Assembly (NCBI GenBank): GCA_015069425.1 | Contig: SVIP01000002.1 | Location: 102,048-166,047, forward strand | DNA: 64,000 bases | From: Clostridiales bacterium | GTDB lineage: Bacteria; Bacillota; Clostridia; Christensenellales; Borkfalkiaceae | Direction: 5' to 3' | In this document: one piece after another, positions 1 through 9,478 of the stretch | Layout of the letters: every line of letters starts with the position of its first letter | How positions within the stretch are numbered: the stretch's first letter is position 1 | Program-made: the position numbers and the translations under genes | The notes under the pieces: model-generated | The model's input: only the letters and a program-made list of their open reading frames with translations | Told to the model about the DNA's origin: nothing | Databases searched by the model: none

Positions 1-1149
1 ACTTGCAGTGCCAGTAAGCATACCATAGGTAGCCAAAAACTGTTCTTCTGCATAACCTTTAAACAACGCCTTAGCAACTATACGCGTGTATATATAGGTA
101 ATTACTAAACCAACCGCACCTAAAATTAAAACTATTCCCCAATAATCCTCAAGTAGACTTAGTCTTATTGCAGCAATTCCAGAAACAACCATAATATCAT
201 AGAAAAAATTACTCGTTCTAGTCATCAAAAAGTTGTTTATGTAATCTTTTTTCATTATGTTCTTCTTTCTCAAGAATTTAATTCCCGTTTTAATTAAAGT
301 AGCACTTAAAACGCCTAGAAGAAAGTTAAAGCCGTAAATGGTTGATTTCATTCCCGAAAGGACTTCGCCTAAAAAATACATAATTCCAAAAGATAAAAGA
401 TACGCCCCTGCAATCAAAGCAATCTGAATAGTCATTTTATCAATACTGCCCTGCATTGGAATTTCGTTTTTCCCTTCAACCATTTCGTTAAACAATTCAA
501 CTTTATTGTTTGCCTTGATTTTACCGCGCTTTTTGAGTATATTAAGGTGAATTACCCCACCTATACTAGCGCTTAAAAATCCAAGCGCAGCAATGGTCAA
601 TCCAAAGTTTGTTCCACCATCATAATTATAAAACTCTCCGTAAATACTACCGTAATTCATTGCTTGCCCCGTGCCTTGTCCATAGCCAAACGGCAGTACC
701 AGACCTATCGCAGGGAAAAAGTCTTTGATAATCATAGCCGCAACTATAGTTATAGCAAGTCCGAAAATGCCTTGCAACAAATAAGTTGAAACGGTAGTCA
801 CGCCCGAATCAAACACTTCGCCAACTCTCTTTTTGTCTAGTTTCTTATCCGAAATCTTAAACGACGCCGCAATAAAACCGAGTGCCAAACAATGATAAGT
901 TATAATTTCTAAAAAGCGATACCCGTCTCCACCGAAAAGTTCGGTATTAAATAGTGGAACTTCGGAAAAAAGATTATAAACTTCCGCAACTATTAAAATT
1001 AAAATACCCCCAAGCACTGAAGTTGGCATTAAGGAGTTACGCAAAAACGGTATCCCCTTTTTCAATATATTTGCGACTAACAAACTGATTAGAACCAGCA
1101 TTATAATGAATAGTTCGCCCCAAACTGAAAAATCGTAAAAATGTATCAT
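1..1149 (-). CDS. Sodium/glutamate symporter family (GltS-like) membrane transporter; C-terminal part runs off the window
   Basis: Open minus-strand frame from ATG at 1149-1147 (MIHFYDFSVWGELFIIMLVLISLLVANILKKGIPFLRNSLMPTSVLGG...) down to position 1. The sequence is polytopic and hydrophobic and resembles the GltS N-terminus. ATGA start/stop overlap with the upstream gene. Absent from the ORF track because no stop lies in the window. Confidence 0.55.
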   Translation of the reverse strand, partial: MIHFYDFSVWGELFIIMLVLISLLVANILKKGIPFLRNSLMPTSVLGGILILIVAEVYNLFSEVPLFNTELFGGDGYRFLEIITYHCLALGFIAASFKISDKKLDKKRVGEVFDSGVTTVSTYLLQGIFGLAITIVAAMIIKDFFPAIGLVLPFGYGQGTGQAMNYGSIYGEFYNYDGGTNFGLTIAALGFLSASIGGVIHLNILKKRGKIKANNKVELFNEMVEGKNEIPMQGSIDKMTIQIALIAGAYLLSFGIMYFLGEVLSGMKSTIYGFNFLLGVLSATLIKTGIKFLRKKNIMKKDYINNFLMTRTSNFFYDIMVVSGIAAIRLSLLEDYWGIVLILGAVGLVITYIYTRIVAKALFKGYAEEQFLATYGMLTGTAS

Positions 1150-2354
1150 AAATTCTCCCCATCAAGTTCAAAAAGATGCAAATATTTTATAGCGTTAAAC
1201 CGCTTTGAACCTTTAATTTGTAAAGTTTTATCTCCGTCAAGATAAAAATTTATCTTACGCTTTCCTAAAATAGTCGCACCATAAAGGTTATTAAAGAAAT
1301 AAAATTTTTCTTCCCTCTTAAACACAACCCTAACACCGTTTGCTTGACCGAACATATCCACTTTACCTAGTTTGTGGCGTTTTTTATCTTGAATAAGTCT
1401 CGCCTTTAGATTAGTGTCGGAAAAAAGCACGCAGTCGTTATTAGTTTTTACTATGTTTCTCAAAGCCTCTTTTTGCTTTGTATAATACTCTGCCGTATCT
1501 TTTGCAGTAAGATTACCACTTATCGGCAGTAATTTTAAATCTTCTGAATACTCTGCTTTAAAATCACAATTCTTGCAATATATTCTATCTTTATGCGTTT
1601 CGAGTGAATTAAAACTGCCACAATTTTCACAATAATAAAGCGCACGCTCTAAAAATTCTGCACGACGGCGGTACTTAAACTTAGTTCCTTCGTAAAGGTC
1701 GGTAGTCGTAAGCGTACTTTTTATCTCGGAAAGTATTTGTTCGGGAGTTAAATCTTCTATTTCTTTTTCAGAAATAACTTTAACCACACCCGCAGTCATT
1801 TTCCCTTTTCGTATCTTGTTTCCCCATCTAGGGTCCGCACCGTATCCACCGTTAATTTTATAAAGCACGAGCGGTACTTTACATATTTTTACAAACTTTG
1901 CCGTTGATATATCAATTCCCCAATTGTTTCCAAACAGCGTTCTATTCCCCTCTGGAAATATAGCAACCGTTCCGCCCTCTTTTAATACTTTTAGCGTAGT
2001 TCTAATCGTACCGAAGTCGCTCTTTGATTTACTCTTTGGTATAGGATTAACTAGCCATCTTATTAACCTAGATGCGACTGGAATTGTAAATAGGTCGTCA
2101 CTTGATATATAGTAGATAGGGCGTAAAAAAGAACACCCCAACATAAACGGATCCATAGTGGTTGAGTGATTTGACATAATAAGTGCGGGTGAACTAATTT
2201 TCTTTTCGTCGTTGCTCACCGTAAGTTTATACTTTAACTTAAAATATAATTTAAAAATCGGACGCAATAAATTACACACTATTGCATGCCTTTTGAGCAC
2301 CCATTTTTTTGTTTTTTGCTTATTTTTCGTCTTAGCCAAATCCACACCTACCAA
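1146..2354 (-). CDS. PlsC/LPLAT-family acyltransferase with C-terminal four-Cys zinc-ribbon extension
   Basis: 402-aa ORF. Acyltransferase motifs NHSTTMDP (HX4D) and FPEGNR lie in the N-terminal half. CENC...CKNC lies in the C-terminal half. The stop overlaps the start of the downstream transporter. Confidence 0.7.
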   Translation of the reverse strand: MVGVDLAKTKNKQKTKKWVLKRHAIVCNLLRPIFKLYFKLKYKLTVSNDEKKISSPALIMSNHSTTMDPFMLGCSFLRPIYYISSDDLFTIPVASRLIRWLVNPIPKSKSKSDFGTIRTTLKVLKEGGTVAIFPEGNRTLFGNNWGIDISTAKFVKICKVPLVLYKINGGYGADPRWGNKIRKGKMTAGVVKVISEKEIEDLTPEQILSEIKSTLTTTDLYEGTKFKYRRRAEFLERALYYCENCGSFNSLETHKDRIYCKNCDFKAEYSEDLKLLPISGNLTAKDTAEYYTKQKEALRNIVKTNNDCVLFSDTNLKARLIQDKKRHKLGKVDMFGQANGVRVVFKREEKFYFFNNLYGATILGKRKINFYLDGDKTLQIKGSKRFNAIKYLHLFELDGENL

Positions 2355-2438
2355 ACTATTTCCTTTCTATTTTACCACTTTTAGAAAAGAAACACAAATA
2401 TAAATAAAAATTTTCTATATATTTGATTATTTTTTCTT

Positions 2439-2466
2439 TTGTTTATCTAAAATATTATGCTATAAT
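2439..2466 (+). promoter_or_regulatory. Sigma-A-type promoter (TTGTTT, 16 nt, TGC-TATAAT extended -10)
   Basis: Hexamers read directly from the sequence, 25 nt upstream of the 2492 ATG. Confidence 0.5.
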
Positions 2467-2491
2467 CGACGTAGTGTGTTGAGGAAAATAT

Positions 2492-3805
2492 ATGTTAGTA
2501 CCCGTTTTAGTCGCATCAATTACAGCAGTAGCAATGGTTGTAACCGTTCTAGCTAAGCCGTATATTGAAGTCAAAAAAATAAAAATAGGTCTTTACTGGG
2601 TTGTCTGTGTGCTTGGCGCAATTTTAATGCTCGTTTTTAAGGGCATATCTTTTAAGACAACTATTCAAGGCATAACGGCAGATGTTTCTGTAAATCCCAT
2701 TAAGATTTTGCTTTTATTCTTATCAATGACCTTACTTTCCGTTTATTTAGGAGACGCAGGCTTTTTCGATTACGTTGCGGATAGAATTTTCATAAAAACT
2801 CACGGCGGAAAACTAAAACTTTTTTTAATTTTATACGCCGTCGTTTCAATCCTAACCATTTTTACTTCAAACGACGTAATTATTTTGACCTTTACTCCTC
2901 CTATTTGCATATTTGCTAAAAAAGCAAAAATATCGCCACTACCTTATCTTTTAGGCGAGTTCGTTGCGGCAAACACTTGGAGTATGATTTTCATAATAGG
3001 AAACCCCACTAACGTTTATTTAGCAGGCTCTTTCGGAATTGGATTTATGGATTACTTTTCGGTTATGGCAATCCCAACTATTGTCGGTTCTCTAACCGCA
3101 CTTTTAGTGCTTTTGCTCATATTTAGAAAAGATTTATCTTCACCAATTCCTAAAATTGAACATATAGACAATTCTAATTATCACGGCAAAATACCGCATA
3201 AAGTTCCGCTAGCCCTTGCTTTAATACATTTATCTTTATGTATAATTTTATTAGCACTGTCCGATTTTTTAGGTGTGGAAATGTGGATAATCTGCGTACT
3301 TTTAGCACTTTCTTTAACCACATTTGATTTAGTTTACGATTTAGTGGTGGAAAAGACGGCTAAACCCATAATTCGCTCGTTAAAAAAGGAGCCGTACGAA
3401 CTTATTCCTTTCGTTTTATCTATGTTTATAATCGTACTCGCATTAAAAGAATGCGGTGCTACAAATGTTCTAAATTCACTTCTAGTTTCAGAGAATAAAA
3501 CGGACTGCTTAAAGATTGGTTTTTTATCCGCAATATCGGCTAATCTCTTAAACAATATTCCTATGAGCGTTCTCTTTGAAAGAATAATCGACGGACAAAG
3601 CATATCTGCCCTTTACGGTGCGGTAGTCGGCTCTAATATCGGTGCGTTCATTTCCCCCGTTGGGGCGTTAGCAGGTATAATGTGGAATAAAATCCTTGCA
3701 GGATATAACATTAAGCTTTCCTTTGCTAAATTTATGCTTTACGGAATACTCGTTGCAATCCCAACACTAATCGCAACGCTTTTAACCCTATTCGTCGTGT
3801 TATAA
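2492..3805 (+). CDS. ArsB/NhaD-superfamily (citrate/arsenite-type) permease
   Basis: 437-aa polytopic membrane ORF with a GAGGAAA RBS. Family assigned by overall sequence character only. Confidence 0.55.
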   Translation: MLVPVLVASITAVAMVVTVLAKPYIEVKKIKIGLYWVVCVLGAILMLVFKGISFKTTIQGITADVSVNPIKILLLFLSMTLLSVYLGDAGFFDYVADRIFIKTHGGKLKLFLILYAVVSILTIFTSNDVIILTFTPPICIFAKKAKISPLPYLLGEFVAANTWSMIFIIGNPTNVYLAGSFGIGFMDYFSVMAIPTIVGSLTALLVLLLIFRKDLSSPIPKIEHIDNSNYHGKIPHKVPLALALIHLSLCIILLALSDFLGVEMWIICVLLALSLTTFDLVYDLVVEKTAKPIIRSLKKEPYELIPFVLSMFIIVLALKECGATNVLNSLLVSENKTDCLKIGFLSAISANLLNNIPMSVLFERIIDGQSISALYGAVVGSNIGAFISPVGALAGIMWNKILAGYNIKLSFAKFMLYGILVAIPTLIATLLTLFVVL

Positions 3806-3815
3806 AGGTGAAATT

Positions 3816-5003
3816 ATGATGACTTTGCTACTACTTGTAATCTACATAACCTTTATCGGGCTAGGACTACCCGATTCTATTTTAGGCTCTGCGTGGCCGG
3901 CAATTTATATTGATTTTAATCTGCCGGTAAGTTCGCAAAGTCTTTTAACCATACTTATCTCAACTGGAACTGTTACGGCAAGCATATTTTCCGCTCGCCT
4001 AATTAATAAATTTGGAACGGGACTTTTAACTGCAATTAGCACATTGCTAAGCACCATTTGTCTACTTTGCTTTTCCTTTTCCAACTCTTTTTATTTTTTA
4101 TTGCTTTTAGCTTTCCCTTTGGGCGCAGGGGCGGGTGCAATTGACGCCGCACTAAACAACTACGTTTCCGTACATTATTCGGCTACTAAAATGAATTTCT
4201 TGCACAGTTTTTACGGTGTGGGGGTTGCACTTAGTCCGTACATAATGTCCTTTGCTTTGGCGATAGATAATAACTGGCGACAAGGTTATCGTATGGTTTT
4301 CTTTATAATGCTTGCTATATCAATTATTGCCTTTGCATCTCTTCCGCTCTGGGAAAAAGCCCAACAAAAGGATATTGAAAGTAAGAAAGAACAAAAAAAT
4401 AATTCTCTCTCGTTAATTGAAATTGCAAAAATCCCCACGATAAAATACGCTTGGATTGCTTACTTTTCAACCGTCGCTTTGGAGTTCACTTGCGGAATTT
4501 GGGGGTGTACTTATCTAGTTTCTTCAGAACTTTTATCCGAATCATTTTCCGCTAAACTCATTACCCTTTATTATATAGGTATTACTTTAGGTAGGTTTTT
4601 GTCGGGTATAGTTTCGGTTAAACTAAATAACCAACAGATTGTTGGACTTGGCTATTCAATAGTTGGCGTAGCGGTTATATTAATGCTCTTGCCCGTACCT
4701 GCAATAGTAAAAGGCGTTGCCCTTTTATTAATCGGCTTAGGAAACGGCCCCACTTTCCCCAATTTAATTTATCTCACTCCTAAATTTTACGGACAAGAAA
4801 ATTCTCAAGCAATCACAGGAACTCTTCTTGCCGTCTGCAACGTGGGAATACTGACTATTCCTCCACTATTTGGGGTTTTAGCACAAGTCTTAAGTTTAAA
4901 AATCTTTCCTTTAGTTATATTGATTTTTTACGTAATTATGGTTATAAGCACTATAATTTATCTAAAAACAGCCGAAAAAAATAGCAAAGGTATTGATTTA
5001 TAA
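3816..5003 (+). CDS. MFS transporter
   Basis: 395 aa with about 12 hydrophobic segments in 6+6 organisation around a central charged loop (QQKDIESKKEQKNN). RBS AAAGGTGA. Starts 10 nt after the previous gene. Confidence 0.7.
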   Translation: MMTLLLLVIYITFIGLGLPDSILGSAWPAIYIDFNLPVSSQSLLTILISTGTVTASIFSARLINKFGTGLLTAISTLLSTICLLCFSFSNSFYFLLLLAFPLGAGAGAIDAALNNYVSVHYSATKMNFLHSFYGVGVALSPYIMSFALAIDNNWRQGYRMVFFIMLAISIIAFASLPLWEKAQQKDIESKKEQKNNSLSLIEIAKIPTIKYAWIAYFSTVALEFTCGIWGCTYLVSSELLSESFSAKLITLYYIGITLGRFLSGIVSVKLNNQQIVGLGYSIVGVAVILMLLPVPAIVKGVALLLIGLGNGPTFPNLIYLTPKFYGQENSQAITGTLLAVCNVGILTIPPLFGVLAQVLSLKIFPLVILIFYVIMVISTIIYLKTAEKNSKGIDL

Positions 5004-5053
5004 GCGTTTTTGTGTTAAACTTTTGCTATAAAATACATAATCAAGGTTTTTTT

Positions 5054-5530
5054 ATGAGAAAAATTGCTAAGTTCTTAAAAGTAAGTGAAAACGAGTTCTT
5101 AAAAAGTGGAACTAAAGAAGAGTTTGATAGCGTAATATTGCCCAAAAGAGCAACGCTCGGCAGTGCTGGTTATGATTTTTTCTCCCCAAAAGAGTTTACT
5201 CTTAATGCTGGTGAAACCATTAAAATCGCAACTGGCGTTAGAGTTAAAATTGACGAGGGGTGGGTACTTAAAATATACCCTAGAAGTAGTTTAGGATTTA
5301 AGTATCGCTTAAACTTAAATAATACGGTGGGCATAATAGATAGCGACTATTACTTTGCGGAAAACGAGGGGCATATTTTTATAAAAATGACCAACTGTGG
5401 CGACAAGCCCTTAACAGTTGAAAAAGGCAAAGCCTTTGCACAAGGTATCTTTTTAGAGTACGGAATCACTATTGACGACGAGTGCGACACTTTAAGAACT
5501 GGCGGACTTGGTAGTACTGATAAAAAATAA
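5054..5530 (+). CDS. dut: dUTP diphosphatase (trimeric dUTPase family)
   Basis: SAGYDF and GIIDSDYY motifs. The ORF-track GTG start at 5012 is replaced by the ATG at 5054 (MRKIAKF...). Confidence 0.8.
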   Translation: MRKIAKFLKVSENEFLKSGTKEEFDSVILPKRATLGSAGYDFFSPKEFTLNAGETIKIATGVRVKIDEGWVLKIYPRSSLGFKYRLNLNNTVGIIDSDYYFAENEGHIFIKMTNCGDKPLTVEKGKAFAQGIFLEYGITIDDECDTLRTGGLGSTDKK

Positions 5531-5554
5531 ATTAAAATTAGATAAACGCATACT

Positions 5555-5590
5555 AAAAGCGGGGTGAAATTATTTCACCCCGCTATTTTC
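5555..5590. terminator. Bidirectional intrinsic terminator between convergent dut and aroQ
   Basis: GCGGGGTGAAAT-T-ATTTCACCCCGC hairpin flanked by an A-run and a T-run. Confidence 0.75.
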
Positions 5591-6016
5591 TTATAAATTC
5601 ATTAAAGTGTCTATTGCGTCAAGATAGCCTTTAAAACCACGACCTGTGATTTTTTCAATGGCGATACTAGAAACAAAAGAAATTTTCCTAAATTCTTCTC
5701 GCTCGTCCACTTTTGTGATATGTACTTCAACTGTCGGGATATCAACCGCTTTTAATGCGTCTAAAATTGCAACGCTAGTGTGCGTGTACGCTCCGGGGTT
5801 AATTATTATTCCGTCGTACTTGCCGTACGCTTTTTGAATTTTCCCTACGATTGCCCCCTCGTAATTTGACTGATAACAAGTAAGTTTTACCTTTTTTTCT
5901 TTTGCGTACCCCTTAACTTGTTTAATTAGGGCGCTGTAACTTTTATCCCCGTAAAGTTCTTTTTCACGAATACCAAGCATATTTAAGTTTGGACCGTTTA
6001 TTAATAAAATTTTCAT
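5591..6016 (-). CDS. aroQ: 3-dehydroquinate dehydratase, type II
   Basis: 141 aa, MKILLINGPNLNMLGIRE..., typical type II dehydroquinase. 4-nt overlap with the upstream gene. Confidence 0.9.
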   Translation of the reverse strand: MKILLINGPNLNMLGIREKELYGDKSYSALIKQVKGYAKEKKVKLTCYQSNYEGAIVGKIQKAYGKYDGIIINPGAYTHTSVAILDALKAVDIPTVEVHITKVDEREEFRKISFVSSIAIEKITGRGFKGYLDAIDTLMNL

Positions 6017-7236
6017 AATAAATCAATAACTCCTTTAACAGTGTCCTCTAAACTTCCACCGTTATCAATAGTAAAGTCTGCAAACTTTTCATAAAGTTCT
6101 TTTCTTTCTTCAAACAATTTTTTAACCGCTGTTAGGTCTTTAGAAAGCGGTCTACCTACCGTTGAAAGTTTTTCTATCGGTCTATCAATATAGAAAATCA
6201 CACCGTTTTGCTTTAATAAAAAGTAATTTTCCGCTCTTTTAACCGCACCGCCACCAGTTGAAATGATTTTTCCAGAAAGACAGCCAAACTCTTTTATAAC
6301 TTCGGTTTCTAAACTTCTAAAATAATCTTCGCCATCATCAGAAAAAATCTCGGGTATGCTTTTACCCGCCTTTTGTTCAATTTTTTGGTCAATATCAATG
6401 CACTCCATATCAAGTAAGGCTGAAAGGTTATTTGCCACCGTACTTTTCCCCGAGCCAGGCATACCGACAAGCACTATGTTTTTAACTTCCCTTTGCAGTT
6501 TTTCTAAAACGCTTTCAATAATACCGTCGTCAAACTTATCACTTAAAAACAAGTCCATTGCGTATTTTGCTTGTGCGACAAGCATTGAAAGTCCGTTCGT
6601 GTACTTTATTCCCCTTTCTCTTGCGTTAAAAAGCAATTTTGTTAAAGATGGATTATAAATAACGTCCGCTACGCCTAAAAGATTAGGGAATCTATTTATA
6701 TCAATAGGGCAATTATCCGTTTCGGGATACATTCCAACTGGCGTTGTATTGATTATAACTTCGGTCTCTATTAAATCATAACAGTTTTGATAATTATATT
6801 CGCCATTTCTTGAAATGGTTTTAGCTGACTTTGCGCCAAGCGTTTTTGCGACAGCTAGAGCCGTGTTTCTTGTTCCGCCACTGCCTAGAATTAGAACGCA
6901 CCTATCATGAAGTTCAATCTCCGCTTTTTTAAGCATATAAATCATACCTAAAAAATCGGTATTATAGCCTATTGTTTTTCCGTTTCTTTTTACAACCGTG
7001 TTGACTGCGCCTATTGCTTTCGCACTCTCGTCAACGAGATCAAGATAGGGCATTATTTGTTGTTTATAAGGAATTGTGACGTTAAAGCCTTTATATTCAC
7101 TCTCTTTAACAAATCTTTCAAGAGCGTCGCTTTCTAGTTCGACCAAGTCATATTGATATTTAGAAAAAAGCGTATGTATTTTTTTTGAGTAACTGTGCTT
7201 TAAGGTTTTACCTATAAGCGCAAACTTTTCTTTCAT
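6013..7236 (-). CDS. aroE/aroK: Fused shikimate dehydrogenase (N-terminal) / shikimate kinase (C-terminal)
   Basis: 407 aa. The N-terminal ~250 aa look like AroE (GSGGTRNTALA Rossmann loop). The C-terminal ~160 aa carry the P-loop GMPGSGKST and a shikimate-kinase-like sequence. Confidence 0.85.
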   Translation of the reverse strand: MKEKFALIGKTLKHSYSKKIHTLFSKYQYDLVELESDALERFVKESEYKGFNVTIPYKQQIMPYLDLVDESAKAIGAVNTVVKRNGKTIGYNTDFLGMIYMLKKAEIELHDRCVLILGSGGTRNTALAVAKTLGAKSAKTISRNGEYNYQNCYDLIETEVIINTTPVGMYPETDNCPIDINRFPNLLGVADVIYNPSLTKLLFNARERGIKYTNGLSMLVAQAKYAMDLFLSDKFDDGIIESVLEKLQREVKNIVLVGMPGSGKSTVANNLSALLDMECIDIDQKIEQKAGKSIPEIFSDDGEDYFRSLETEVIKEFGCLSGKIISTGGGAVKRAENYFLLKQNGVIFYIDRPIEKLSTVGRPLSKDLTAVKKLFEERKELYEKFADFTIDNGGSLEDTVKGVIDLL

Positions 7237-8381
7237 TAAACCGTCTCCTCATACGCGCCTAAGAAAGTAAACTGCTCGGTTGAATTATCAAGTTCGCTTA
7301 AAAGGTTTTGAACGCCCTTTTCTTTTATATCACAATTAAAGTCAAAGTAGAACATAAACTCAAAACTAGAGCCGACAATAGGTCTCGATTCAAGTTTTGT
7401 CAAATTTATCCCTAAATTAGCAAACTTTGAAAGTAATTTATTCAAACTACCCGGTGAGTTTTGCGGAAGAGTGGTCATAATACTGATTTTATTTGCACCT
7501 TGATAAAATTCCATTTCTTTGGCAATCAAAATAAATCTAGTGTAGTTGTTGTCGCTGTCTTGAACGTTGGTTTCTAAAAGTTTTAAGCCGTAAAGGTCGG
7601 CACATTCTCTTGAAGATATCGCCGCAATATCACTTCTTCCACTTTCTGCAACCATCTTTGCTGAAAGGGCTGTGTTTGCACACGCTGTTATTTTAGCATT
7701 TGGAAATTGCTCAAGATATTTTTTACACTGAGAAATGGCTTGTTCGTGTGATAAAATTTCTTTGATGTCTTCTTTTTTTGCATTATGGTTAGCCACTAAA
7801 TTATGACAAATTGGCAAGCGAATACTTTTTACAATATAAAATTTATGTTCTTTCATTAAGTCGTAAACTTGATTCACCGAGCCTGCCGAACTATTTTCAA
7901 TCGGTAAAACGCCATACTTGCAAAAGCCTTTTTCTACGGCTTGGAAAACACCCTCAAAATTCTTAAAATAACTTACGTCCGCAATCTCAAATAAACGCTC
8001 TGTGGCAATCCCCGAATATGCTCCCATAACCCCTTGACACGCTACCTTTGCTTTAACGGGGAATTTTAATTCGCCTTTAGCGATTGCGTTTTTAATGTTA
8101 TCGCTAATTTCCGAATGATACTCAGCGTTTGCCGTTTGGTAGGCTCTGCTTGTTTCAAACATAGTTTCAAACACTCTTTTTAGGTATGACTTTTTATCGT
8201 CTGCCACCATATCCGTCACTCTTAAAATAATGCTCTTTTCTCTTTCTGCATCTAGCGTCGCCTTTCCGCTCTCTTTTTTTGCCTCGCTAACCTTTTCAAC
8301 GAGTTTCATTCTCTCCCCATAAAGGGTTGCGATTTGGTCGTCAATTTTATCAATATCTTGTCTAATTTTATTTAAGTCCAT
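7236..8381 (-). CDS. pheA: Bifunctional chorismate mutase / prephenate dehydratase
   Basis: 381 aa. N-terminal AroQ-class chorismate mutase helices (IDKIDDQIATLYGERMKLV), then a prephenate dehydratase domain and a C-terminal ACT-like region (ESRP motif). Confidence 0.85.
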   Translation of the reverse strand: MDLNKIRQDIDKIDDQIATLYGERMKLVEKVSEAKKESGKATLDAEREKSIILRVTDMVADDKKSYLKRVFETMFETSRAYQTANAEYHSEISDNIKNAIAKGELKFPVKAKVACQGVMGAYSGIATERLFEIADVSYFKNFEGVFQAVEKGFCKYGVLPIENSSAGSVNQVYDLMKEHKFYIVKSIRLPICHNLVANHNAKKEDIKEILSHEQAISQCKKYLEQFPNAKITACANTALSAKMVAESGRSDIAAISSRECADLYGLKLLETNVQDSDNNYTRFILIAKEMEFYQGANKISIMTTLPQNSPGSLNKLLSKFANLGINLTKLESRPIVGSSFEFMFYFDFNCDIKEKGVQNLLSELDNSTEQFTFLGAYEETV

Positions 8382-8383
8382 AT

Positions 8384-9478
8384 TTATTCTCCTTGTAAAC
8401 TATCGAAAATTGCAATCGCTGAAATTGCTTCAATCACTGGAACTGCTCTCGGCACGATACACGAATCGTGTCTTCCCTCAATTTTTATCTTAGTATTTTG
8501 TTTATTTATTAAATCCACAGTTTCCTGTTCTATACCTATGCTTGGCGTTGGTTTTACTACTACGCTAAAGGTAATCGGCATACCGTTCGCCATTCCGCCG
8601 TTTATTCCACCGTTATGGTTTGTCTTGGTTTTCACCCTTTCTCCGTCGTAATAAAAGGCGTCGTTAACCTGACTTCCGTAACTTTCGGCAAGGTCAAACC
8701 CAGTGCCAAACTCTATGCCTTTTACCGCAGGCACTGCAAACGCTAAATGTGAAATCACGCTTTCTAAACTGTCAAACATATACTCACCCGTCCCTACGGG
8801 AACACCGGTTATTACGCAATCAATCACACCTCCAACAGAATCTAAATTCTTGCTTGCGTTTTCAATCTCCTCTTTCATTTTTTCTTTAGTCGAATTATCT
8901 AATAATGGAAAATTTATATCCTCAACGATTAAATCCTTTATATCCGCAGTTAACTCTTTATAACTTTTACCTTTAACTTTTCCTATTTTAGAGATAAACG
9001 CTTGAATTTTTATTCCTTTTCTTTCTAAAATCTGTTTACAAATTCCACCTGCTATACAGATTGGAGCGGTCAATCTCCCCGAAAATTTACCACCGCCACG
9101 GTAGTCGAAATCATCACCGTACTTACTAAACCCCACAAAATCTGCGTGTGACGGACGTGGTTTCTTTTCAAGGTTTAAATAATCTTTACTGCGTTGACAA
9201 TTGTTTTCTATTACCGCCTTAAATCGTCCTGAAAATCCGTCTTTTGACAACCCTTGTACAATCTTAATTTTATCTCCCTCAATTCGTTTTGTAGAATAAG
9301 CCTCGTTTTTTGCTCGACGCCTTTCTAAAAATTCTTGAAGTTTATCTAGGTCTATATTTTCCCCGTCAAGTCCGTCAATATAAACGCCCATTTCTTGTGC
9401 GTGCGACGCACCAAAAACTTCCAAACGGAGTTTTCTTCCATTAAAAACTGAATATTGTTTATCTTTAACTGTGTTCAT
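8384..9478 (-). CDS. aroC: Chorismate synthase
   Basis: 364 aa with FGASHA, RPSHAD and GRHDSC motifs characteristic of AroC. Confidence 0.9.
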   Translation of the reverse strand: MNTVKDKQYSVFNGRKLRLEVFGASHAQEMGVYIDGLDGENIDLDKLQEFLERRRAKNEAYSTKRIEGDKIKIVQGLSKDGFSGRFKAVIENNCQRSKDYLNLEKKPRPSHADFVGFSKYGDDFDYRGGGKFSGRLTAPICIAGGICKQILERKGIKIQAFISKIGKVKGKSYKELTADIKDLIVEDINFPLLDNSTKEKMKEEIENASKNLDSVGGVIDCVITGVPVGTGEYMFDSLESVISHLAFAVPAVKGIEFGTGFDLAESYGSQVNDAFYYDGERVKTKTNHNGGINGGMANGMPITFSVVVKPTPSIGIEQETVDLINKQNTKIKIEGRHDSCIVPRAVPVIEAISAIAIFDSLQGE

